From an uncultured archaeon (lineage in GTDB: Archaea; Asgardarchaeota; Jordiarchaeia; Jordiarchaeales; Jordiarchaeaceae): a stretch of DNA of 32,000 nt. How positions within the stretch are numbered: position 1 is the first letter of the stretch; every line of letters begins with the position of its first letter. The DNA lies in assembly GCA_964510585.1 (NCBI GenBank), contig CAZECW010000126.1, forward strand, positions 2,734 to 34,733, read 5' to 3'. Below the pieces are notes generated by a model, which did no database searches, was not told the origin of the DNA, and saw nothing but the letters and a program-made list of their open reading frames with translations. Below are positions 25,579 through 32,000 of the stretch, piece after piece. A program made the position numbers and the translations under genes.

Positions 25579-25739
25579 GCCGTCGTAACTATTCACAAAG
25601 AATAGCGACAAGCTTAGCCCGGGAGAGCGTCGGATGCTGCCAGAATCCCTGACAGAAGACGAAACTGAAGATCCGATTGTCGCTGGATGCTGCCAGAATC
25701 ACTGACAGAAGGCGACTTCAAATCCGGCCGACGGCACCA
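25579..25739 (+). tRNA. tRNA-Phe(GAA) with three introns: 9/10 (25588-25611, 24 nt), 30/31 (25634-25663, 30 nt), 53/54 (25687-25716, 30 nt)
   Basis: Spliced product GCCGTCGTAGCTTAGCCCGGGAGAGCGTCGGACTGAAGATCCGATTGTCGCTGGTTCAAATCCGGCCGACGGCACCA. BHB helices GTCG/CGAC, CGTC/GACG, CGCT/GGCG, all with 3-nt bulges. Confidence 0.92.
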
Positions 25740-25864
25740 CACAATAAACCCCACCTTGAACCTCCTTTTCACAAACTCGATAGCACTAGTTTCAATCATA
25801 ACTAGGCTCACTTTGAAAATTTCCTGTCTCCACCCTCATTCTTACAGTTTAGTAAAAGTAGGTT

Positions 25865-25972
25865 TGGTGCGGCTGCCGGGAGTCTCGGATAAAGGCTGCT
25901 CTCCTTCCTCATTCGAACCCGGGTAACGAGCTTGGAAGGCTCGGGTCCTAAACCAGGCTAGACTACAGCCGC
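25865..25972 (-). tRNA. tRNA-Gly(TCC) with one 30-nt intron at 59/60 (25882-25911)
   Basis: Acceptor GCGGCTG/CAGCCGC, anticodon TCC at 25936-25934, encoded CCA. BHB helix TTCG/CGAG, bulges AA|T and AC|T. Confidence 0.94.
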
Positions 25973-26001
25973 ACCTTTTGATATTTTGCGTCTTGTACTA
26001 A

Positions 26002-26009
26002 TACTTAAA
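26002..26009 (-). promoter_or_regulatory. Putative TATA box (TTTAAGTA) of tRNA-Gly(TCC)
   Basis: Consensus-like box predicting a leader of about 7 nt before G1. Confidence 0.55.
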
Positions 26010-26061
26010 TTTTTCCTCGGACTGGTTAGTTATACTGTTTTTGGGTGGGTTTGTTTGTGTT

Positions 26062-26415
26062 TTAGGTGATGTTGAGGTAGATGGTTCGTGTTGTTTGGAG
26101 TATTTTTTCTTCTTTTGTTGTTTCTATTCTCATTTGTAGTCCGCCGAATGATGCGTGGTAGATGTGTTTGTCTTCTGTTTTTGTTCTTCGGCTAATTTTT
26201 CCTTCTAGGGCGATTTTGGTGTTTTTTGTTTCTAGGGGCTTGTCGCTGATTTGAATGTAGACTTTGTCATTTTCTTTTATGGGTGTTAGTTCTTTGGGGA
26301 GTTCTATTGTGATGTTTAGCTGTTCTTCTTCGGAGGTTAGTTGGTACTTTTGTATTTTGTTCAGGTCTGTGGTTTCTATTTTTGTGACGATTAGTTCGGA
26401 TTTGATGTCTGCCAT
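26062..26415 (-). CDS. rpo8: RNA polymerase subunit Rpo8 (RpoG, Rpb8 homolog)
   Basis: C-terminal part of the listed 231-aa ORF; ATG 26415 follows GAGGTGA. 117 aa with YHASFGGLQMRI, matching the Rpb8 SFGGL signature. Confidence 0.8.
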   Translation of the reverse strand: MADIKSELIVTKIETTDLNKIQKYQLTSEEEQLNITIELPKELTPIKENDKVYIQISDKPLETKNTKIALEGKISRRTKTEDKHIYHASFGGLQMRIETTKEEKILQTTRTIYLNIT

Positions 26416-26501
26416 TTTTATGTCACCTCTCTTAGGGGCTTCTGTTTTTAAAATATGTGACCTATTTGGACTTTTTATAATGTGTTTACTGCCTTTTTGT
26501 T

Positions 26502-26840
26502 TTATGTTGGTATGATGGCTACTCCTGCTATGCTTAATGCTCCGCCTAATATTACTGCTGCAGTCCACCAGAAGAAGTAGTGTTTCCAGGCGTCTGGGTT
26601 TTCTTCGACTAGTTTGTTTGTGCCCCAGGATAGGCCCCAGAAGTATAGTGACATTATTAGTAGGGTGGAGGTTTCTGAGTTTAGGCCCACTCCCTCGATT
26701 AGCATCATTGCTGCTAGGATGGCTATTAGGGTGGCTAGTGATCCCCAGCCGGTCCATTCTAAAACTGTTTTGAAGCGTTCGCGTGGGAGGTGTTCTGTGA
26801 GTTCGTCTTCTTCTTGGTCTCCTGTTTCCTTTTTGGTCAT
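26502..26840 (-). CDS. Small membrane protein, about 3 TM helices, unknown function
   Basis: Acidic N-terminus followed by three hydrophobic segments. Co-oriented with its neighbours. Confidence 0.65.
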   Translation of the reverse strand: MTKKETGDQEEDELTEHLPRERFKTVLEWTGWGSLATLIAILAAMMLIEGVGLNSETSTLLIMSLYFWGLSWGTNKLVEENPDAWKHYFFWWTAAVILGGALSIAGVAIIPT

Positions 26841-26936
26841 TGTTATTCCTCGAGACTGGGTGGGTAATGTTTGTATTAAAATTTTTCTTCTGTTCTTGTT
26901 ATTATTGGTTTTTGTTATTGTGTTTTTGGTTGTTTT

Positions 26937-28175
26937 TTATGTTTCGGTTGTGTTGGATGCGATGATTTTTATATTGTTTCCTGTTAATTTATCTATTTTT
27001 TGTTCTAGTTTTTTGATGTGGCTTTCTATGCGGTTGGTGCTTTTTTGGTGTTCTGCCTCGATTCTGGATATTTCTGTGTTTAGGTCTTCTCTTTTTTGGT
27101 TGAGTTCTTCCATTATGGTTTCAAGATGTTTCTGTTTCTGTGTTAATCCCTTCTCATTTATGCGTATTGTCAGTTTGTCTTTTTCGGAGGCTAACTCTTC
27201 ATATTTCTTTTTGAGGGGTGGTAAGGTGTCCTCTTTAAAGATTCTGCTGATTTGTTCCATTGCCTTTTTTTGTCTGCTGCCTTTGAGGTCTAACATTTCG
27301 GCTGCTAGAATCTCGTTTAGTCGGGTGAGGAGGGATTTTAGTTGGGAGCAGTTTTGGTCTTCGGAGAGGAAGGTGTTTAGGGGGGTGTCTAGATAGTTTC
27401 TTAAAGTTTGTCTCTGTTCTCCGCTGATGCTAACTGTTCCGTCGGCAACGAGTTTTTCCAGTTTTCTGAATGGTTTCTCTAGGGAGCGTAGCTCTCTCAG
27501 TATGGTTTCCTCTACCTGCTTTAATTCCTTTTCTACATCTGTTATGTTTCTCACAAGGGCGGCTTCTTTAATCTCTTTTAGTTCGCTGTGCTTCGCTTCT
27601 TTGTCTTTTTCGAATTTGGTGAGAGTTTCGGATAGTTTTGATTTCTGTTGCAGGAGTTCTTTTGCAATTTTTTGTTCTTTTTGTATTTCTTCAATTATAC
27701 TAAAAATTGAGTAGTAATCCTTAATGTGGAGATGTTTTTTTGCTAGTAGCTTTTGCAGTTCTTGGTATTCTCCACCCAACTTTTTCAGGTAAATATCTAT
27801 TTCCGCGATTTCTGCCTTGTAATGGGGGGCCATTTTGGGCACCCATTTCTGACCATGCTCAGTAATTGTTTTTAGAACCTTCTCCAGATTGTATTGCAGG
27901 GTTTCCAAATTATTGTAGGTTATTTCGTTTGGAATCCCAAAATTTTCAATTAGGGGAGTCACTTTTTCCACGAAGCGGTTGGCAGCTTTCATTGCGAGTT
28001 CGCTTATTCCCCTCTCATCCTTGCTTCCTAAGCGTTGGAAGGCGTCTTTTAAATCATTTATGAGTTCAGCGATTTTGTCGCGAGATTTCTGTCCGTCTCG
28101 CTTAAATGCTTCCAATTTTTTACCCAAATTATCCTGCAACCAATTAGGTAACCTATCTAATTGCACCTCTTTCAT
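26937..28175 (-). CDS. Long coiled-coil protein of unknown function
   Basis: 412 aa, E/K/L/Q-rich heptads throughout, no nucleotide-binding motif seen. Confidence 0.75.
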   Translation of the reverse strand: MKEVQLDRLPNWLQDNLGKKLEAFKRDGQKSRDKIAELINDLKDAFQRLGSKDERGISELAMKAANRFVEKVTPLIENFGIPNEITYNNLETLQYNLEKVLKTITEHGQKWVPKMAPHYKAEIAEIDIYLKKLGGEYQELQKLLAKKHLHIKDYYSIFSIIEEIQKEQKIAKELLQQKSKLSETLTKFEKDKEAKHSELKEIKEAALVRNITDVEKELKQVEETILRELRSLEKPFRKLEKLVADGTVSISGEQRQTLRNYLDTPLNTFLSEDQNCSQLKSLLTRLNEILAAEMLDLKGSRQKKAMEQISRIFKEDTLPPLKKKYEELASEKDKLTIRINEKGLTQKQKHLETIMEELNQKREDLNTEISRIEAEHQKSTNRIESHIKKLEQKIDKLTGNNIKIIASNTTET

Positions 28176-28559
28176 TGAGAAACCCTCCGGTCGCCCACTG
28201 ATAATATAATTGTTTCAACCTATGACTGTGTAACAAGTCTGCCTAATTATGTGTTAGCCCTTTTTCTACTGCTATTTGTCTTATGGATTTAACTTTAAAT
28301 TAATTGTAATAAGGATGAAAAGGGTTTTTATTTTTTTATTCTGTTTTACTCCCTAAAACCTTATTGGAAGGGGCATAACTAACTAAATACGCTAAGGTTA
28401 CATTAGAGGGGTTGCTTTGGTTCTCCCTGCGGCTGGGGTTGGGGGCTATCTCGCCAATATTTTTGTAAAAATCTGCCGTGAGGGGTGAAAATATAATAGG
28501 GTGGAGGTGGTTTAAGATGTAAAAAAGAAATAAAAATTTTAATTTTTGGAGGATTGTGA

Positions 28560-29852
28560 ATGGCTTGGGATGTGGTTATTGTAGGTGGCGGTGTTGCTGG
28601 TTTGTCTGCGGGTGCTATCCTTGCGAAGGATGGATTTAAAACGCTGGTTTTGGAGGAGAAACTCAGAGTTGGAGGGAGGGGTAATTCCTTCGAATATAAG
28701 AAGGGGTACATTGTTGACTTTGGGATTCATGCTTTGAGGCTTGCAGATAAGGGTGCTGCTGCCAGGGTTTTTGAGCGGATCGGTGAAAAGTTGGAGATTG
28801 TTGAACCTGAGATACAAAAATTGTATTACAAGGATAGTTGGACAGATTTACCCCTGTCTGTTAATAAGCTTTCAACAACACCTATATTCACCCAAAGGGA
28901 TAAGGAAGAGTTAGGACCGGCGCTTACACAGATGTTAACGCTTAAGCCAGAAGAGTATTATGATGTTCCTGTTGAGAAATGGTCGGAAGAAAATGTGAAG
29001 AGTGACAATCTTAAATGGTTTTTAAAAGAAATTTTAACCAAACTACTTTTGGTTGCTGCGGATATGGCGGTGACATCCACTGGGGAACTTTTCGATCTGG
29101 TTCAAGTATTTGTCAAAACTGGTAAAGGGGCAGGGTACGCTGTAGGCGGGTGGAAGACAATACTGGATAGGCTAACTGAAACCGTAGAGGCTAATGGAGA
29201 AGTGAGGGTTGGAACTAAGGCGGAAAAAATTATTGTGAAGAATAATGAAGTCAAAGGAGTGTTAACGAGGGAAGAGACTATAGAAGCAAACAAAGTTATA
29301 GCGGCGTTTCCAGTTCAAAACTTGTTTAGCTTGGTGGAGGAGAAAAACTTTCCAAGAGACTTTGTGGAGAAATCCAAGAATATTCTGCCAAGTATGGGGA
29401 TATCCATCGACTACGGATTCCATAAAAAGGTTTCTGAGTTCCATACCTTCATGTGCTCTGATCCTTGGATGACCGCTACCTTTACCTCAAATATGGATCC
29501 AAGCGTGGCTCCGCCAGGAGAGCAGCTGTTGACAGTTTTTTCGGTACAGCCTCCTAGCATAATAAAGAATTTGGAAGCTGCAAAAAAGGAATTGCAGAGA
29601 ATACAAAACACTATATACAAAATGTTTCCAGAGGCTAAAGGCAATGTGAAATGGGTTAGACCTATGATACTTGACATTGTAGACGGGGCGGCCCTAACTA
29701 CAACTCAGTCCAGAGATAAAAGAGCAGATGCTGCAACCACAATAAAGGGTTTATATCTTGCAGGAGACACATGTAATGGGGAAGGCGCCGGAGGGGATAT
29801 TGCCTTTAACTCTGCTAGAAGATGCGCCGAATATATTATAAAGAGTAGCTAA
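28560..29852 (+). CDS. FAD-dependent oxidoreductase, phytoene desaturase-like family
   Basis: DVVIVGGGVAGLSAG, VGGRGNS, GGWKTILDRL, GLYLAGD. Confidence 0.88.
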   Translation: MAWDVVIVGGGVAGLSAGAILAKDGFKTLVLEEKLRVGGRGNSFEYKKGYIVDFGIHALRLADKGAAARVFERIGEKLEIVEPEIQKLYYKDSWTDLPLSVNKLSTTPIFTQRDKEELGPALTQMLTLKPEEYYDVPVEKWSEENVKSDNLKWFLKEILTKLLLVAADMAVTSTGELFDLVQVFVKTGKGAGYAVGGWKTILDRLTETVEANGEVRVGTKAEKIIVKNNEVKGVLTREETIEANKVIAAFPVQNLFSLVEEKNFPRDFVEKSKNILPSMGISIDYGFHKKVSEFHTFMCSDPWMTATFTSNMDPSVAPPGEQLLTVFSVQPPSIIKNLEAAKKELQRIQNTIYKMFPEAKGNVKWVRPMILDIVDGAALTTTQSRDKRADAATTIKGLYLAGDTCNGEGAGGDIAFNSARRCAEYIIKSS

Positions 29853-29937
29853 AAGCCCACTCTAAAAAGCGTCTTTCTCTTTTTTATTTTGGCTGGTTGA
29901 GGTTTCAAGAGTAAAAATTAGTTTTTCACATTTTAGT

Positions 29938-30714
29938 CTAACTTTTTTGAGTCATGTATGGTTTAAGTTCTCTGACCCAAGCTTCGTGGGCTGTATCAAT
30001 ATTTTCGTAGAGGAGTATATAGTCAAGGTACTTTAAGTGCTGTTTTATGCATTGTTTGACTATGTCATCTGGAATGTTATCAAATCCTTTTAGAATAAAG
30101 AGTGTTTTTAAAACTTCTAGTGGAGATTTCCAGTAACGTTCTAAGCAGATGACTTTGACATCGAAGATGGGGCGAAGTTTTATCTTAATATTATTTACAA
30201 GTCCGGCGGAGATGAAAACAGAATTGTTATGTTTCGCACCTTTTTCTTGAAGATTATTAACAATTTTTTCCTCCAAAAGTTTTGTGGTTTCTAACTCTTC
30301 TCTAAGTAGGGCACGCCACTCGTCTGGATTTATCTTTCCTGTTGCGCGTGATTTGAACTCCAGCAGAAGTTGCTGTTCAGCAAATCCCCTTAAACGTATG
30401 TGGTATTGGAAATCTTCGAATCCATAAATGTCAAAATCATGGTCGTGTCGGATTGAGGGTAATTTTTTGATTAGGGGTTCTAGCCTGTATCTTAAAGAGT
30501 TTGCAAAAGGATCTGATAATCCTGTCATACATATATAGTCGTTCCAAAGCTCCTCTTCACTTATAATTCCTAAGCGGTAAAGATTCAAACTTTCTCCAAG
30601 ATTCTCTGGAAAACCCAAAAAGAGCGCGTCAAAGTCCATAGTTTCTAAAAGAATACTAGCGCGTTCAGTTGAGGATCTGAACCTGGAAGCTAGTATCAAG
30701 TTGATGCGTGGCAA
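29938..30714 (-). CDS. Hypothetical protein
   Basis: 258-aa ORF filling the gap between oxidoreductase and sirtuin. No motif recognised. Confidence 0.65.
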   Translation of the reverse strand: MPRINLILASRFRSSTERASILLETMDFDALFLGFPENLGESLNLYRLGIISEEELWNDYICMTGLSDPFANSLRYRLEPLIKKLPSIRHDHDFDIYGFEDFQYHIRLRGFAEQQLLLEFKSRATGKINPDEWRALLREELETTKLLEEKIVNNLQEKGAKHNNSVFISAGLVNNIKIKLRPIFDVKVICLERYWKSPLEVLKTLFILKGFDNIPDDIVKQCIKQHLKYLDYILLYENIDTAHEAWVRELKPYMTQKS

Positions 30715-30823
30715 TGTTCACACCCCCATTTTCCCATTAGAATAGGATAGGGGGTTTATAGGGTTAATGTCTCATTTTTTTCAAGGGGCTATGTACTTAA
30801 TGGAGCGTATATTTTCTTAAAAA

Positions 30824-31687
30824 TTATGGTTTCTGTGAACCTAATAGTCTCTCCACTTCCTTCACTATTTTTGGAAGTATCTCTCCAGCTTTTCCTTCAA
30901 TTAGATAATCAGAAACAATTCCGGTAAGTGGTGTGGGTTCCGCATTTATTTCAATTACTTTGGCGCCTTTAGTGTGATTAGATACTCTAGAATGGCCATA
31001 AAATCCGAAGAATCCCATACGGTAACCATCACGTTCCTTCGCAATTCGTGGCAACTCGGCGGCAGGATACACTACGGCAGATGTTCCAATCACTATCATG
31101 AGGTCGCAGTTTCTAGCTTCTTCAAGCGCCCTGTCCAGAGCATATCTGGGTATTGGCTCTTCAAACAAGACTGCATCAGGTTTTAGTATACCTCCACACT
31201 TATCACATCTGGGAGGGAGTTCTCCATTGCTGGCCTTTTCCATTGCCAACTCATGAGGGTAACGCTCTCCACAAGCTATACACACAACCCTTCGAAGATT
31301 ACCATGAAATTCTATGACGTCGGTATTTCCAGCAGCTTGATGTAAACCATCCACATTTTGGGTTATAATACATCTCAGTTTACCTAATTCTTCAAGTCTG
31401 GCAAGTGCCAAATGGGCAGGGTTCGGTTTTGGTTGTGAGGATAGGAAAAATTTGCCCAACTCTAAAGACATTTTCCAGTACTTCGCCGGATCCGATAGGA
31501 ATTTCGAATAAGTAAAATCGTCGGGATTATACTTTTTCCACAAACCGTCGGTGCCTCTGAAATCAGGTATTCCACTCTCCGTTGAGATACCCGCTCCAGT
31601 TAAGACCACAATTCTCTGGGAGTTGAGAATATCCTTCGCAGCCTTTTTTATTTCTTCCTCGCTATACACTTCTCTCCACTCCTTCAT
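30824..31687 (-). CDS. cobB: NAD-dependent protein deacylase (Sir2/CobB family)
   Basis: TGAGISTESGIPDFRG, ITQNVDGLH, EFHG, CIAC/CDKC Zn site, IGTSAVVYPAA, IEINAEPT. Confidence 0.95.
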   Translation of the reverse strand: MKEWREVYSEEEIKKAAKDILNSQRIVVLTGAGISTESGIPDFRGTDGLWKKYNPDDFTYSKFLSDPAKYWKMSLELGKFFLSSQPKPNPAHLALARLEELGKLRCIITQNVDGLHQAAGNTDVIEFHGNLRRVVCIACGERYPHELAMEKASNGELPPRCDKCGGILKPDAVLFEEPIPRYALDRALEEARNCDLMIVIGTSAVVYPAAELPRIAKERDGYRMGFFGFYGHSRVSNHTKGAKVIEINAEPTPLTGIVSDYLIEGKAGEILPKIVKEVERLLGSQKP

Positions 31688-32000
31688 TTAAAATATATTT
31701 TGCTGAAGTATAATAATTTATTATTTCTTAAAAATTTGTCCAACCCAAGGGAATCCTGACTCTAGATTATTCAATTTCTTATTCAAAACGAGCTTTTATA
31801 ACACTACTTTTCCAATTTAGAAACTTGAAATGAAAACTTCCGTCGAACCCTCATAAACGCGACTTTTTCGGGCTTAGCGTGATTAGATGGGTTCTGCGTG
31901 GAGGATTCTTGGACGGATAAAATACTTTCTCTCTTGTTTAAGGTGACAGAATGCAGCAATCATTCCCTTAACGCGACCCAGCACCGTCACCGTCCTAAAG

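Noticed and set aside
25549-25586. Possibility that the segment between the duplicated acceptor strands (here and at 21371-21399) is a fourth intron
   Set aside because: Every splice register was tried by hand and none gives a 4-bp central helix flanked by 3-nt bulges.
25632-25711. 27-nt direct repeat with a 26-nt spacer, superficially a mini CRISPR array
   Set aside because: The repeats are the two tRNA-Phe introns and the spacer is largely tRNA exon (anticodon arm). No cas genes or leader.
25176-25926. Listed ORFs at 25176-25412, 25387-25611, 25458-25652, 25614-25811 and 25687-25926, and likewise 1864-2106 and 21223-21609
   Set aside because: They overlap tRNA genes and have no protein-like motifs.
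30972-31026. BHB-like fold in the sirtuin insertion (GTGA/TCAC helix, bulges TG|G and AC|T), suggesting an mRNA intron
   Set aside because: The excised piece would be 55 nt and would frameshift an otherwise intact gene. The outer helix is missing and short matches like this arise by chance.
733-31186. Many short ORFs antisense to or nested in longer genes (e.g. 1031-1429, 5508-5897, 11582-11962, 14300-14695, 23515-23970, 26614-27396)
   Set aside because: Shadow frames of well-supported genes, favoured by the strong compositional skew. No recognisable domains.
31860-32000. GC-richer stretch with a GGTGAC/GTCACC inverted repeat at the window end
   Set aside because: Could not be fitted to a tRNA, BHB or clear ORF, and is truncated by the window edge.

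Overview
Archaeal chromosomal window, most likely TACK/Asgard-type (PolD large subunit, L38e and Rpo8 together; inference). It is mostly housekeeping: PolD DP2 C-terminus, L38e, EF-2, Rpo8, CCA-adding enzyme, ThpR, a tRNA splicing endonuclease subunit, a Lon-like ATPase, a sirtuin, an OPT transporter and several enzymes. No CRISPR array or transposase was seen. The striking part is non-coding. Eight tRNA genes could be reconstructed by hand. Seven carry a total of 13 bulge-helix-bulge (BHB) introns, none at canonical position 37/38, and tRNA-Phe and tRNA-iMet have three each. Best candidate for an undescribed system: the two tRNAs whose first intron must borrow acceptor-stem bases to form its BHB (Phe, iMet) each have an exact duplicate of their own 5' acceptor strand at the predicted transcription start, and the other six tRNAs do not. 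This suggests a decoy or chaperone leader for splicing. Other findings: two 90% identical introns within tRNA-Phe, overlapping BHB motifs that imply ordered splicing, a catalytically degenerate (beta-type) EndA, a probable non-AUG/GUG/UUG start for thpR, a candidate C/D box sRNA, a protease-less Lon-like ATPase and strong kilobase-scale G+T/A+C strand asymmetry. All structures were derived by eye; nothing was run computationally.
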